Counted from the first letter of the stretch, positions 1 through 11,035 are shown. The stretch: 50,222 nucleotides of DNA from an uncultured Sulfurospirillum sp. (GCA_964441765.1 CAYTVI010000005.1:1-50222), one strand, 5' to 3'. A program made the numbers and translations. The notes: generated from the letters alone by a model not told the origin.

Positions 1-232
1 TAACCTTAGGAAGATTAATATAGGTAAATGCCGTTTCAATTTCAGCACCACCGCCCATCAAAGCCATGTTAGCAGGGTTATAATAACTTGCATCTGCCCC
101 ATTGGCACTTGCAACGTACGCTGCGCTTAATGCTGTTGAGTTTAATGATTGCTCAGGGATTCGATAACCTGAAGCTAAAAGCGTTGCCGCACTGAGGCTT
201 AAAAGTGTTGCCACTTTGATTGTATTCTTCAT
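1..232 (-). CDS. OmpP1/FadL-family outer membrane transporter, N-terminal part (runs off window edge)
   Basis: Manual translation from ATG at 232: MKNTIKVATLLSLSAATLLASGYRIPEQSLNSTALSAAYVASANGADASYYNPANM; signal peptide plus GY..EQS and A.DAS.YYNPA motifs typical of FadL. Not in ORF track. Confidence 0.85.
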   Translation of the reverse strand, partial: MKNTIKVATLLSLSAATLLASGYRIPEQSLNSTALSAAYVASANGADASYYNPANMALMGGGAEIETAFTYINLPKV

Positions 233-255
233 TCCAAATGTCCTTGTTTCAAAGT

Positions 256-1098
256 TTATTTTTCAAGACTGTATAACAACGCAATTTCTTGCGCCCATAG
301 ACTATCGTCAACGGTTTCAAGCACCAAAGGTATATCATCAAAGCGCACATCGTTCATCATCAAACGAAACGGTTCAAGCCCTAATTTTCCTCTGCCCAAA
401 GAGTCGTGTCTATCGACACGTTTGCCCAAATCAGGCTTAGAATCATTGAGGTGCATCCCCTTAAGATACTTAAATCCAACGATTGTATCAAATTTTTCAA
501 ATGTTTGCTTATAACTTTGCTCGTCCCTAATGTCATAACCTGATGTAAAAAGGTGACACGTATCGATGCAAACCCCGACACGTTCCTTATCGATGCTATT
601 CTCCATAAGAAAGCTTAAGTGTTCCATTTTGTAACCTAAGTTGCTTCCTTGCCCTGCCGTATTCTCCACAACAAGTGTGACATTTTGCGTTTGCCGTAAA
701 ACTTCATTCATCGAATCACTAATGGTACGTAAGCACTCTTCTTCACTGAATTGTTTAAGATGGCTTCCCGGGTGAAAATTAAGCTTGTCTAGCCCTAAAA
801 GTTCACAACGCCTTACCTCATCGATAAAAGCATTTAAAGATTTAGCACGTTGTTCTACGTCTGGATGCCCTAAATTGATCAAATAACTATCATGCGGCAA
901 AACATGTTTAGGTAAAATCTCTGCTTTTTCAAGTTCTTTTTTAAACCGTGTTATCTCTTCTTGGACAAGGGGCTTAGCCTCCCATTGGCGTTGATTTTTA
1001 GTAAATAGAGCAAATGCTTTTGCCCCAATTTTTGTAGCATTAATAGGGGCATTAAATACGCCACCACTCGCACTTACATGCGCTCCAATAAATTTCAT
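256..1098 (-). CDS. nfo: Endonuclease IV (AP endonuclease)
   Basis: [39 protein letters not shown] motifs; start moved to MKFIG (1098) after a GAGGA RBS. Confidence 0.96.
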   Translation of the reverse strand: MKFIGAHVSASGGVFNAPINATKIGAKAFALFTKNQRQWEAKPLVQEEITRFKKELEKAEILPKHVLPHDSYLINLGHPDVEQRAKSLNAFIDEVRRCELLGLDKLNFHPGSHLKQFSEEECLRTISDSMNEVLRQTQNVTLVVENTAGQGSNLGYKMEHLSFLMENSIDKERVGVCIDTCHLFTSGYDIRDEQSYKQTFEKFDTIVGFKYLKGMHLNDSKPDLGKRVDRHDSLGRGKLGLEPFRLMMNDVRFDDIPLVLETVDDSLWAQEIALLYSLEK

Positions 1099-1112
1099 CT
1101 TCTTCCTCATTT

Positions 1113-1595
1113 TTAGGGTAATGGTCTTAAGCGTATCAAAATACCATTTTTACTATCTTTAAAATAACGCATATCTCCCTCAACACGATACTCTATTTGT
1201 GCCGTTGGCAGATCAATCTTTTGAGCAAATCCTGTGAGGTGTGTTATCGTGTTTTTTCCCTCATATAAAGCTCTTTTATCAACGATATCTTCCATGAATG
1301 TGGCATAATGTTCTGTCCCAAAAAAACGCCTATTAAAATCTTCTTTTTCAAAGCATGTTCCATCAAGGCAGATGGTATCATTGATTTCCAAATTGAATAA
1401 AACAGAGCCTGCATTAAAAATTTGAAGTTGCGTATAACCCTTGCCTTGATTTAGAAATCCTGTATCGGACAGTGCCATTTGAGGTGTTTTAATTGTAATT
1501 AAGTAAGGCTGTGACAGAGTAATTGGCTGCTTAACACTGCATCCACTAAAAAGTATCAAAGTGATAAAAATCATTACATGTAAAAAATTTTTCAT
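1113..1595 (-). CDS. Hypothetical lipoprotein
   Basis: Signal peptide with lipobox FSGC; overlaps the upstream Fur-family gene by 4 nt. Confidence 0.75.
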   Translation of the reverse strand: MKNFLHVMIFITLILFSGCSVKQPITLSQPYLITIKTPQMALSDTGFLNQGKGYTQLQIFNAGSVLFNLEINDTICLDGTCFEKEDFNRRFFGTEHYATFMEDIVDKRALYEGKNTITHLTGFAQKIDLPTAQIEYRVEGDMRYFKDSKNGILIRLRPLP

Positions 1596-1963
1596 GACTT
1601 ACACTCTTTACAAGTACCTTTTAAAACGATACTTTTGACCTCTGCATCCACAGGCCCTAAGTCGACATCCATGCAAGTGATTTGATGACAGGCTTCACAG
1701 ATAAAATGTGCATGTGTAGAGGTTGAAAGCTCAAAGTACCATTTGCGATCATCTGATTCAAATTTATGCACAATCCCTAGTTCTTCAAACTTGGCAACAT
1801 TACGATAAAACGTTGCTTTATCCATTACTTGTTCCATCTGCCCTTTTATCTGCTCATAACTCATAGGCGCTTTAGCTATTTTTAAAACGTCCAAAATCGC
1901 ACTTCGTGCCTCGGTTTTTTTAAGTCCATGATGCGCAAAAAGAGTATTTAAAAGTTCTGGCAT
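1592..1963 (-). CDS. Fur-family metalloregulator (Zur-like by context)
   Basis: GLKKTEAR..IL, ATFYRN, HAHFICEAC and C-terminal CKEC; divergent from metal ABC genes. Confidence 0.85.
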   Translation of the reverse strand: MPELLNTLFAHHGLKKTEARSAILDVLKIAKAPMSYEQIKGQMEQVMDKATFYRNVAKFEELGIVHKFESDDRKWYFELSTSTHAHFICEACHQITCMDVDLGPVDAEVKSIVLKGTCKECKS

Positions 1964-1985
1964 TCTTTCCTCTATCTTAGGTAAA

Positions 1986-2006
1986 TTTCATACAAAGTGT
2001 ATGAAA
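1986..2006. promoter_or_regulatory. 9-3-9 inverted repeat, candidate operator between the Fur-family gene and znuC
   Basis: TTTCATACA-aag-TGTATGAAA, perfect arms, in a divergent intergenic region. Confidence 0.45.
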
Positions 2007-2047
2007 GTAAGGCAATGGTATCCAAAGTTTTATTAAACTCCTTTTCA

Positions 2048-2056
2048 TGCTATAAT
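2048..2056 (+). promoter_or_regulatory. Extended -10 promoter of the znuCB-like operon (probably leaderless)
   Basis: TGcTATAAT ending 7 nt before ATG 2064; no SD sequence. Confidence 0.65.
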
Positions 2057-2063
2057 TTACTTC

Positions 2064-2831
2064 ATGAAAAATGACCTAGAAATTAAAAATGCTTCGTTTT
2101 ACTATGACAACACACTTATCCTTGATACTATCTCGTTTGAATATTCAAAACGTGATTTTCTCGCCATTATTGGACCCAATGGGGGTGGGAAAAGTACCTT
2201 ACTTAAGATGATGATTGGTCTGCTTGAACCTAGTGCTGGAAGTATTACACTCTTTGGAGAAAAACCTTTACATGTAAGCCATCGTATCGCTTATGTTCCA
2301 CAAGATACCTTAGCTAATAAAGACTTTCCGATAAAAGTGTTGGATGTCGTTTTAATGGGAAGACTCTCTCAATCAAAAGCCTTTTCAACCTACTCAAAAG
2401 AAGATAAAGCGATTGCCCGTGCGATGCTTGAAAAAGTAGGTATGCTCTCTTATGAAAATCAAAAAATACACGCCCTCTCAGGTGGTCAACGTCAAAGGGT
2501 TTTTGTCGCTCGTGCTCTGGCAAGTGAAGCGGAAATTCTCTTTTTAGATGAACCAACTGCGAGCATTGACACCGCAGGGCAAATTGAGATTTTTAAACTC
2601 TTAAAACAGCTTAATGAGCATGTTGGCATCGTCATTATTAGCCATGATGTCAATGTCGCTTTAAACTATGCTACCAAAGTCGTTCACGTTAACAAAACCC
2701 TCTATCTTCACGATGTTCCAAAACAAGAATCTTTCAAGTTCTTTGATTCACCAAGTGAGCATCTTTGCCCTATAGAGCTCATCAGCGCAACACGCTGCAC
2801 CCATATTCATCCTAAAGAGGCAAAATGCTAG
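2064..2831 (+). CDS. znuC: Zn/Mn ABC transporter ATP-binding protein
   Basis: GPNGGGKST, YVPQ, LSGGQRQR, LDEPT, SHD; His/Cys-rich tail. Confidence 0.85.
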   Translation: MKNDLEIKNASFYYDNTLILDTISFEYSKRDFLAIIGPNGGGKSTLLKMMIGLLEPSAGSITLFGEKPLHVSHRIAYVPQDTLANKDFPIKVLDVVLMGRLSQSKAFSTYSKEDKAIARAMLEKVGMLSYENQKIHALSGGQRQRVFVARALASEAEILFLDEPTASIDTAGQIEIFKLLKQLNEHVGIVIISHDVNVALNYATKVVHVNKTLYLHDVPKQESFKFFDSPSEHLCPIELISATRCTHIHPKEAKC

Positions 2832-3634
2832 ACGTTCTTCAATACGAATTTATGCAAAATGCCCTTGTTACATCGCTTATTGTTAGCCTGATATGCGGTA
2901 TTATTGGTACACTTATCGTGATTAACCGTATGGTTTTTATCGCTGGGGGCATTGCTCATGGCTCTTATGGTGGTATCGGACTTGCGCTTTATTTTGGTAT
3001 CGCTCCGATGCTCGGTGCTTCTGTTTTTGCTCTTTTTTTAGGACTTATTATTGCTATGATTACGCATCAAAACAGTACACGATTGGACTCTTTAATTGGA
3101 GTATTGTGGGCGTTTGGAATGGCATTAGGCATTATTATGAGCGATTTGACGCCTGGGTACAATGTCGATTTGATGAGTTATCTTTTTGGGGCTATTTTAT
3201 CGGTTTCACTTGAAGACATGATAGGCATGAGTGGGGTTTTACTCTTAACTATTGTCTTTACTGTACTCTTTTACAAACAACTTTTAGCCATGAGTTTTGA
3301 TGCGCAGTTTGCCAAACTTCGAGGGGTCAATGTAACCCTTCTTTACTTTGCATTGGTTGCACTCATCGCTTTAGGTGTGGTGATTATCATCCGTGCCGTT
3401 GGGCTTATTTTGGTGATTGCACTACTTACTATTCCACCCTATATTGCTGAAAAATTGACGAACTCTATGGGCGCAATGATGGCACTTTCATCATTGCTTT
3501 CTGCACTTTTTTGTTTTGTTGGGCTTAGCATTTCCTATGCGTTTGATGTCAGCAGTGGTGCTAGCATCATCTTGGTAGCCACCACGACTTTCTTCATACA
3601 ATTTTTAATTGGACATTTTTTTCATCGCTCGTGA
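2825..3634 (+). CDS. znuB: Zn/Mn ABC transporter permease (ABC-3 family)
   Basis: FMQNAL, IAHGSYGG, LMSYLFG, VGLILVIALL; multi-TM. Confidence 0.85.
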   Translation: MLDVLQYEFMQNALVTSLIVSLICGIIGTLIVINRMVFIAGGIAHGSYGGIGLALYFGIAPMLGASVFALFLGLIIAMITHQNSTRLDSLIGVLWAFGMALGIIMSDLTPGYNVDLMSYLFGAILSVSLEDMIGMSGVLLLTIVFTVLFYKQLLAMSFDAQFAKLRGVNVTLLYFALVALIALGVVIIIRAVGLILVIALLTIPPYIAEKLTNSMGAMMALSSLLSALFCFVGLSISYAFDVSSGASIILVATTTFFIQFLIGHFFHRS

Positions 3635-4533
3635 TGTGAATGTTTGCGCTTAAAAAACCATAGTGCGATGTAAGAACCTACTTCTGCTAGTAACATTCCG
3701 CTCAAAATCAGCCCTGCACCAAAGAGTTGTACGATGCTTAGCAACTCATCTGCAAAAAAGTATCCAAAAATACCAGCACTCACTGGCTCCATCGTAAAAA
3801 TAATGGCTGTTTTTGCCGCTGTTGTAAAACGCTGCATGGCTGTTTGTACCCAAAAAGCAAAAATGGTCGCAAATAGCACCGTAATCACAATCGCATTAAT
3901 CAATAATTCATCCACTTTTGCAGGCATAATCGTTCCTTCCATCGCCCATCCACCCAGTGCTGAACAAAAAGCAACGGTAAAAAATTGAACACACACCAAT
4001 AAAAAGATATTATGTCTTTTGGAAAGATGGTCGGTAAAAACAATGTGCAACGCAAACATCATCGCACAGATAAAAGCATAAAATTCTCCCAATGAAAAGC
4101 CTATTTCACTATTGAGAGTTAAATAATACAATCCAATAGCGGCAATAATTGCTCCTAGTACAGAATAGATAGACGCCTTATGCCTAAAAATAAGATACGA
4201 TGCGAAAGGGACAACGATAACGCTTAACCCTGTAATAAATCCGACAGTCGAAGAGTAGGTATAGGTCAACGCAAATGTTTGAAACGCATAACCTAAAAAC
4301 ATAAAAAGTCCAAGAACACCACCTGCTTTAAGAACTTCTTTGTCAAGAAATTTGAGATGTTTGTATGAAATCAACGTCATTAAAAGAGCGGCTAGAAAAA
4401 AACGCCAAAATAAAAAGGTGTAAACAGGTGTTTGCCCAACAGCATCTTGAACAATAAAAAATGTACTTCCCCATGCAACAGCCACTAAAAGCAATAAAAA
4501 ATCAGCGCCTATCTCTTTAAACTTATGATGCAT
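3622..4533 (-). CDS. DMT/EamA family transporter
   Basis: AWGSTF, two EamA repeats, FTMEPV; start likely MHHKFK (4533) after AAGGA. Confidence 0.9.
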   Translation of the reverse strand: MHHKFKEIGADFLLLLVAVAWGSTFFIVQDAVGQTPVYTFLFWRFFLAALLMTLISYKHLKFLDKEVLKAGGVLGLFMFLGYAFQTFALTYTYSSTVGFITGLSVIVVPFASYLIFRHKASIYSVLGAIIAAIGLYYLTLNSEIGFSLGEFYAFICAMMFALHIVFTDHLSKRHNIFLLVCVQFFTVAFCSALGGWAMEGTIMPAKVDELLINAIVITVLFATIFAFWVQTAMQRFTTAAKTAIIFTMEPVSAGIFGYFFADELLSIVQLFGAGLILSGMLLAEVGSYIALWFFKRKHSHHER

Positions 4534-4762
4534 CAAACCATTCCTTGCATTATGTATCTTCAAAATAAAAACGTGCATTTTAGCACAATGAAATCAGAAA
4601 ATATACTTTTAAAATAAAGAAAAATAACTACTTCTGTTTCCATAGAAAGATGTTTATCATCTCAAAACGTTCCATCCTGTAACGAAAGCTACTACAATCC
4701 CTTTATCCCTTGCTCTATCCTTAATGTTTTTTAAATTCCTTTATCTTACTTTTATATTCGAC

Positions 4763-4771
4763 TGCTACAAT
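4763..4771 (+). promoter_or_regulatory. Extended -10 of the amino acid ABC operon
   Basis: TGcTACAAT about 30 nt upstream of ATG 4803. Confidence 0.5.
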
Positions 4772-4802
4772 TATGGCTTACGTCATATTCTGAAAGGTTT
4801 TA

Positions 4803-5543
4803 ATGAGCCAACCCATCGTACGCATGGAAAATGTTGATAAGTATTATGGAGATTTTCATGTTTTAAAAAATATCAATTTCTCCGTCAGTGAAGGTGAAAT
4901 TGTTGTGATTTGTGGCCCAAGTGGCAGTGGTAAATCAACGCTTATTCGCTGTATTAACCGACTCGAAGAGATAGACAGCGGTGAAATTACCGTTGATGGC
5001 TACAATCTTTATTCAAAAAAAGTGGATATTAATCAAGTTCGTGCTGAAACTGGCATGGTTTTTCAGCACTTTAACCTCTTCCCACATCTTACGATTCTAG
5101 AAAACATAACCATTGCGCAACAAAAAGTTAAAAGAATGTCTAAGCATGATGCCAACGAAGCAGCACTAAAACTGCTTGAGCGTGTGGGGCTTGTCCACAA
5201 GGCAGAGGGCTATCCAAATGAGCTTAGTGGCGGACAAAAACAACGTGTTGCCATTGCTCGAACGCTTGCTATGAAACCTAAAATTATTTTATTTGATGAA
5301 CCTACTTCTGCCCTTGACCCGGAGATGATTGGTGGAGTTTTAGATGTTATGAGAGAACTTGCACACGAAAACTACACCATTATTTGTGTCACACATGAAA
5401 TGGGTTTTGCGAAGGAAGTATGTAACCGTGTTATCTTTATGGATGAGGGTTCCATCATTGAAGAAGCAACACCTGAAGAGTTTTTTGCTAACCCCAAAAC
5501 AACACGTGCACAGAAATTTTTACAAGAAGTATTAACGCATTAA
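4803..5543 (+). CDS. Polar amino acid ABC transporter ATP-binding protein (GlnQ-like)
   Basis: [47 protein letters not shown]. Confidence 0.95.
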   Translation: MSQPIVRMENVDKYYGDFHVLKNINFSVSEGEIVVICGPSGSGKSTLIRCINRLEEIDSGEITVDGYNLYSKKVDINQVRAETGMVFQHFNLFPHLTILENITIAQQKVKRMSKHDANEAALKLLERVGLVHKAEGYPNELSGGQKQRVAIARTLAMKPKIILFDEPTSALDPEMIGGVLDVMRELAHENYTIICVTHEMGFAKEVCNRVIFMDEGSIIEEATPEEFFANPKTTRAQKFLQEVLTH

Positions 5544-5570
5544 AAAAACCAAACTTTATAAGGAGTCTGA

Positions 5571-6371
5571 ATGAAAAAGTTTTTAGCTGCATTACTTGTA
5601 ATGCTCGGCATCAATGCCATGGCTGATGATATCAACCTATGGCAAAAATCAACATTGAACAGTATTGTTCAAAAAGGTGTTTTAACCGTAGGATTAGAGC
5701 CTGGTTATATGCCTTTTGAGATGAAAGACAAACAAGGCAATATTATCGGCTTTGACGTTGATATGGCAAATGAGATGGCAAAAGCAATGGGTGTAAAACT
5801 CCAACTCGTCCCTACCGCTTGGGATGGCATTATTGCAGGCTTACTCACTGGTAAATATGACATTATCATGTCAGGTATGACCATTACGCAAGAGAGAAAT
5901 CTCAAAATCAACTTTGCAGACCCATACATCAGTGTTGGTCAAACCATTCTTGCACATAAAAAACATGCAGGTAAGAAATGGAGTGATTTGGATAAACCAG
6001 AATACACTATCGTTACAAAACTAGGTGTTACAGGTGAAATTGCAACCCGCAAAATGTTCAAAAAAGCAAAAATCAGAACGTTTGAAACTGAAGCTGACGC
6101 GGCACAAGAAGTTCTTAACGGTAATGCAGATGGCTTAGTGTATGACAAACCTTACAATGCTATCTTCTTCGCTGAAAAAGGCAAAGATAAGTTGGTTCAC
6201 ATGGATCAAGAACTTACCTATGAACCACTCGGTTGGGCGGTTAGAAAAGGTGATCCAGATTTTCTTAACTGGCTCAATAACTTCTTAAACCAAGCGAAAA
6301 ACGATGGTACTTACCAAAAAGTTTACGACAGATGGTTTAACGATACTGCATGGCAGAAAAAGGTACTCTAA
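5571..6371 (+). CDS. Polar amino acid ABC transporter substrate-binding protein
   Basis: Signal peptide; GFDVD, WDGIIAGL, SGMTIT.ER (SBP_bac_3). Confidence 0.93.
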   Translation: MKKFLAALLVMLGINAMADDINLWQKSTLNSIVQKGVLTVGLEPGYMPFEMKDKQGNIIGFDVDMANEMAKAMGVKLQLVPTAWDGIIAGLLTGKYDIIMSGMTITQERNLKINFADPYISVGQTILAHKKHAGKKWSDLDKPEYTIVTKLGVTGEIATRKMFKKAKIRTFETEADAAQEVLNGNADGLVYDKPYNAIFFAEKGKDKLVHMDQELTYEPLGWAVRKGDPDFLNWLNNFLNQAKNDGTYQKVYDRWFNDTAWQKKVL

Positions 6372-6374
6372 ATC

Positions 6375-7340
6375 GTGGCAAAAGAAAAACAACATCTTTT
6401 GCAAAATAAAGCATTTGGCCACGCTGTGGCCATTGCTTTTTATCTTGCAATAGGCTACTTACTCTTTACAGCAGCTTCCAATATGAATTATATTTGGAAG
6501 TGGACAAGCGTGCCAAAATACTTTGCCTATGAAAAAACAGATACACTCAATGCTCCTTTTGATGGAACCATTCAACTCAGTGGCACACGTCTTGTTTTAG
6601 AAGGACGTGATGATAGCAAAGAGATTGAAATTGACAAAGGTTTTTCTCTTTTGGTTAAACACGGTGATAGTGTTTATGAACACGATGCCATTGCTCAAAA
6701 AACGTATATGCAAATGGGACCTTTAGTTGAAGGCTTGATTGTTACCCTTCAAATTTCTGGGCTTTCTGCCATCTTAGCTTTTAGTATAGGCTTTTTACTC
6801 GCCCTTATGCGTATTTCAAGCTACCAATTTTTAAAAGATATTGCAACAGTTTATATTGCGATTATTAGAGGAACACCTCTTCTGGTGCAAATCTTTATTT
6901 TTTATTTTATCATCGCAACTATTTTTGAGCTAGAACGCTTTTTAGCAGGAGCAATATCATTAGGTCTCTTCTTTGGGGCTTATATTGCTGAGGTTTTACG
7001 TGGGGCTATTCAGTCTATCGATAAAGGACAATACGAAGCGGCTAAATCATTGGGCATGAATTATTTTCAAACCATGGTTTATATCGTTATGCCTCAAGCA
7101 CTCAAACGTTCATTACCAACACTAGTAGGTGAGATGATTGCACTTGTAAAAGACTCTTCACTGGTTTCTGTTATCTCTATTACAGACCTGACCAAAGTTG
7201 GTCGAGAAATCGTTGCCAACACCTTTTCGCCTTTTGAAACATGGCTGATTATTGCGGCTATGTATTTTGTGATAACTTTCTTACTCACAGCTCTTGGACA
7301 TAAAATTGAAATGAAGATGAAAAAACAAGGAGGGATGTAA
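6375..7340 (+). CDS. Polar amino acid ABC transporter permease (HisM family) with an extra periplasmic insert
   Basis: RGTPLLVQ, AYIAE..RG, GQYEAA.SLG, KDSSL; GTG start. Confidence 0.93.
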   Translation: MAKEKQHLLQNKAFGHAVAIAFYLAIGYLLFTAASNMNYIWKWTSVPKYFAYEKTDTLNAPFDGTIQLSGTRLVLEGRDDSKEIEIDKGFSLLVKHGDSVYEHDAIAQKTYMQMGPLVEGLIVTLQISGLSAILAFSIGFLLALMRISSYQFLKDIATVYIAIIRGTPLLVQIFIFYFIIATIFELERFLAGAISLGLFFGAYIAEVLRGAIQSIDKGQYEAAKSLGMNYFQTMVYIVMPQALKRSLPTLVGEMIALVKDSSLVSVISITDLTKVGREIVANTFSPFETWLIIAAMYFVITFLLTALGHKIEMKMKKQGGM

Positions 7341-7353
7341 AACATCTCTCCTT
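7327..7353. terminator. Hairpin between the convergent permease and PilZ genes
   Basis: AAGGAGGGATGT-aaa-ACATCTCTCCTT with a T run shortly after. Confidence 0.6.
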
Positions 7354-7359
7354 CCTTTT

Positions 7360-8499
7360 TTAGATGATGTACTCTTTAAGTTCGTCTTCAAGATTTTGAA
7401 TAATCTCTTTTTCTCTTTGATTGATATACTGTACAATCTTTTCACTCATCTGAATATCAGGAAATATACGCATACAATAGCGATAGCTATCTTTATACTG
7501 GATAATATTAATCACTTCAGCTTCTACCTCAATTTTATCAGCACTCTCTTTTTGCGCTGTGCTTAAATCAAAGCTAACAAATACTTTAGCCCCAGGGAAA
7601 ATACCATTGTTTTGGCTACTTAGAACTCCTAATCCATGCATCGATAAGTCATACAAGCGACCACTGGTTTCACAACCGCCAAATTGGTGAAGATACACCG
7701 TTGCTACGATATTAGGATGTACGCGAACGGACTCTCGTTGAAGAGCAGGCATGTTGAGAAGGTAGATAAAATTATTAAGTGTAACGGTGTTTGTTATAAA
7801 ATTACTGTAAACAATATCTGCTTTAATATGTTTAGAAAAATGATCATTTTTGATAATAAATGCTTGTCCATCAAGCTTCATGGCAATCTCTTGTAAGCGC
7901 TCCGTTTTAAACGTAACGCTTTCTCCTTCAATCGCAACAATATCTGCCTCACAACTAATCGGAACTCCTTGATAAAGGTTTAAAAACTGAACACGTTTAC
8001 CTTCATCTTTTATCTGCTGAAACGTTTCAATAATGGTATGTGAAACAACAGGAAGTTGGTTAAACTGAACATCAAACTCTCCAACAGAAGCGCTCAACTT
8101 TGTCGAAACTTCGCCTTCAATAATATTAATAAAACGACTGATGCAACTAATCAAAAGTTCAACCTGCGGAGCAATTCCTCTTTTTTTGGTAAAATCAATA
8201 TAATTTTCCATCAAATAAAACATACTCCGACTAATCAAAAACCCTATCATCACACCATCTTGGCGCATTTTGATTAAAAGGTCTTCTCTCACACCGTTAA
8301 TATTAATATCGCATTTGAAAAGATTGTGGTAGATAGATAAAGCGATTGCTTTAGCTTCATCTTTGCTGATAGCGCTGTCGTAGCTTAAACACAATGAAGA
8401 GAGATACTCAACATAAATGGGCTCAAATTCTTTCAAAAACGTTGCTGAGTTTTTAAAAAATTCTCCTTTTGCGAGTTGCCTATTTGCTTCGTTTTTCAT
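7360..8499 (-). CDS. PilZ-domain protein (putative c-di-GMP receptor)
   Basis: QRESVR (RxxxR) and DLSMHG (DxSxxG) in the C-terminal domain; start uncertain (8499 ATG or 8511 TTG). Confidence 0.8.
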   Translation of the reverse strand: MKNEANRQLAKGEFFKNSATFLKEFEPIYVEYLSSLCLSYDSAISKDEAKAIALSIYHNLFKCDININGVREDLLIKMRQDGVMIGFLISRSMFYLMENYIDFTKKRGIAPQVELLISCISRFINIIEGEVSTKLSASVGEFDVQFNQLPVVSHTIIETFQQIKDEGKRVQFLNLYQGVPISCEADIVAIEGESVTFKTERLQEIAMKLDGQAFIIKNDHFSKHIKADIVYSNFITNTVTLNNFIYLLNMPALQRESVRVHPNIVATVYLHQFGGCETSGRLYDLSMHGLGVLSSQNNGIFPGAKVFVSFDLSTAQKESADKIEVEAEVINIIQYKDSYRYCMRIFPDIQMSEKIVQYINQREKEIIQNLEDELKEYII

Positions 8500-8534
8500 G
8501 GTATGTTCCAAACTTCAAGTTTTGTTAGATTATA

Positions 8535-9383
8535 TCATGTTTTTATCAAGAGATTTGAAAGATCTAGGATTACTTCTGTTCCTTTATCTTTGGCTGAGTT
8601 TATACTCAAAGAGACTTTAAAATGGTCGCAATATGCCTTGACTAAACTGAGTCCTATCCCATATCCCTCTTGTGTTGCATCGGCTTGAAAATAGCGATTA
8701 AAAATTAAAAACAGTTCTGCTTCTCCAATGCCAATGCCTTCATCTTTCACCACCAAAGCATTCCCTCGTTGTATAATTGTAATAGGATTATGGTCACGAT
8801 TGTATTTAATCGCATTATTTAACAGATTTGAAATCACCTTCATAAATCCTCGTTTATCTGCTAAAATTTTTACATGTAATACTTCACATGAGATAAGCGT
8901 TGAAGAGGCAATATCTTCATAGTTTTGCAGTACAGAATGAATAGCTTCATCGAGAAAAAATGCTTCTTTGACATTAGCTTTTCTCTCTTTCTTAATGTAA
9001 TAATCCACCTCTTGATACAAAGCATATAAATCATCACTCGCTAAACTGATACGCTCTAAACGCTTCTGTTTTTTTTCATCTTTTTCGTGTGCACGAAGTA
9101 GTTGGAGATTGGCTTTAATAACAGAGAGAGGAATATTGAGTTCATGCAGTGTGTCTTTCAGTAACGCATCTAAAAAACGATTGGTCTGGAAGCTAGAAGC
9201 TAAGAGAAATGTGATGGACATATAAGATACAACAAAAACCCCTAATCCCCAAGCTAAAAAAAGCCATATATTTATTTCATTCGAGTTACTCAAAAGCGCA
9301 ACAAGAATAGTGCCTGAAAGAATGATAACCGCACTTAGTGCAACCACACTGGTAATAAAAAAGAGTTTTTCATTACGCTTCAA
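8535..9383 (-). CDS. Sensor histidine kinase, two adjacent TM helices, no periplasmic domain
   Basis: HELNIP H-box, NLLNNAIKY, DEGIG, GYGIGL; probable TTG start at 9383 overlapping the regulator's end. Confidence 0.9.
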   Translation of the reverse strand: MKRNEKLFFITSVVALSAVIILSGTILVALLSNSNEINIWLFLAWGLGVFVVSYMSITFLLASSFQTNRFLDALLKDTLHELNIPLSVIKANLQLLRAHEKDEKKQKRLERISLASDDLYALYQEVDYYIKKERKANVKEAFFLDEAIHSVLQNYEDIASSTLISCEVLHVKILADKRGFMKVISNLLNNAIKYNRDHNPITIIQRGNALVVKDEGIGIGEAELFLIFNRYFQADATQEGYGIGLSLVKAYCDHFKVSLSINSAKDKGTEVILDLSNLLIKT

Positions 9384-10038
9384 AACGATACCCAATGCCT
9401 CGAATATTGACAATACGCTCTTTCCCAAAAATCTTTTTAAGATTATTGATATAGACCCGTAAAGAGCCTTCATTTGCCTCTTTATCGCAACTCCAAAGCT
9501 TCTCGTAAATCATCTCTTTGGTCACAACGTGACCTCTACTTTGCACCAAAAGCTCTAAGAGTTCGATATCTTTGAGATGCATATCTAATTCTGTCTCATT
9601 TTGAAAAAGGCGTTTTCGTGCTGTGTTGAGCTTAAATTCCTCATCGATAATAAGCCACGTATCGATACTTCCTTTGGTGCGTGATAGAAGTGCGTTAATG
9701 CGCCAAATCACCTCTTCTAAATCAAAAGGCTTTTTAATATAATCATCTGCCCCTAAGGCAAATCCTTCTTTGAGGCTTTCTTTGTCGCTCAATGAAGTCA
9801 AAAAAATCGTTGGTGTGTCATCTTTGGCATCTCGAAGTGCCTTTAAAATATCAAAACCACTCATATCAGGTAATTTGACATCCAATAAGTAGAGGTCAAA
9901 CTTCTCTTCATAACAGAGCTTTAAAGCCTCATTGGCACGCATAGCAACTTTACATGTAAAACCATACGCATCTAAAATATCTTCTAAGGTTTGCACCAAC
10001 AAAGCATTGTCTTCTACGATGAGAATTTTATAAGACAC
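9373..10038 (-). CDS. OmpR-family response regulator (DccR-like)
   Basis: [37 protein letters not shown]; GTG start after GGAG. Confidence 0.92.
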   Translation of the reverse strand: MSYKILIVEDNALLVQTLEDILDAYGFTCKVAMRANEALKLCYEEKFDLYLLDVKLPDMSGFDILKALRDAKDDTPTIFLTSLSDKESLKEGFALGADDYIKKPFDLEEVIWRINALLSRTKGSIDTWLIIDEEFKLNTARKRLFQNETELDMHLKDIELLELLVQSRGHVVTKEMIYEKLWSCDKEANEGSLRVYINNLKKIFGKERIVNIRGIGYRFEA

Positions 10039-11035
10039 GCCCAATACTCCATACTAACGTTTCATTTGCAAACATTGGGACAACATCACCGTAAGCGTGT
10101 GTTACTACAAACGGTTTTTTTTCTAACACAACTTCTTTATATGGGGGTTTGTAGCTATAAATTGCTTGTGCATTGTTACTCACAAACGCTTGTAACGAAG
10201 CTAATGCGTTATGTTTTTCAAATAACTCTACCAATGCTTGTAAAGCAATCGGAGCCGTAAACACACCTGCAGCACACCCACAGCACTCTTTTTTATGAAT
10301 CGGATGTGGCGCTGAGTCAGAGCCAAACATCACTTTGGGATGCGCTTTTAAACTTACATGTAAAAGTGCATCACGGTCTTCATACCGCTTAGCAATGGGC
10401 TTACAAAACAGATGTGGTTGAAGCATGCCTCCTGCGACATCATCAAGCGTTATCAAAAGATGGTGCAAGGTTATCGTTGCGTATAAATTTTCGTACTTTT
10501 CTAAAAGTGCAACGCTCTCTTTAGTGGTGATGTGCTCCATGACAATTTTGAGCTTTGGAAAAGCCTGCGCCAAGCTTTCATAGATAGAGCCAAACTCTTT
10601 TTCTCTGTCCATCACAAAACCATTGGTTTCACCGTGCACACAAAGTACGAGTCCCAAATCACTCATAGCTTCAAGTACAGGTCTCAAAACCTCAATATCC
10701 ATGCTTGCCACACCGCCTTCCGAATTGGTCGTAATGCCTGAGGGATAAAGTTTGAGTGCTCTTACATGTAAAGAGGCTTTTTCTAAAAACTCACGCGTAT
10801 AATCAGCGCGAAAAAAAAGCGTCATAAGTGGGTCAAACACGTTATTGCCAATGGCATTGATGATACGCTCTTTATACGCAACCACCGCTTCAATTGTTGT
10901 AATGGGTGGTACTAAGTTTGGCATAATAATTCCACCTGAAAAGGTGTGTGCACTAAGAGGTGCTACCGTTTTTAGCATGGCTTCATCTCGTAGGTGGATA
11001 TGCATATCAAGAGGGGAAAGAAGTGTATGAGTCAT
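10028..11035 (-). CDS. pyrC: Dihydroorotase (class II)
   Basis: DMHIHLR, MPNL.PP, KLYP.G.TTNS, EHITT, FCKP, GSDSAPH. Confidence 0.96.
   Translation of the reverse strand: MTHTLLSPLDMHIHLRDEAMLKTVAPLSAHTFSGGIIMPNLVPPITTIEAVVAYKERIINAIGNNVFDPLMTLFFRADYTREFLEKASLHVRALKLYPSGITTNSEGGVASMDIEVLRPVLEAMSDLGLVLCVHGETNGFVMDREKEFGSIYESLAQAFPKLKIVMEHITTKESVALLEKYENLYATITLHHLLITLDDVAGGMLQPHLFCKPIAKRYEDRDALLHVSLKAHPKVMFGSDSAPHPIHKKECCGCAAGVFTAPIALQALVELFEKHNALASLQAFVSNNAQAIYSYKPPYKEVVLEKKPFVVTHAYGDVVPMFANETLVWSIGRVL

Noticed and set aside
4534-4802. Long AT-rich spacer with recurring TCCTT words, possible sRNA or riboswitch
   Set aside because: No convincing stem or known motif; consistent with divergent promoters and periodic T-tracts.
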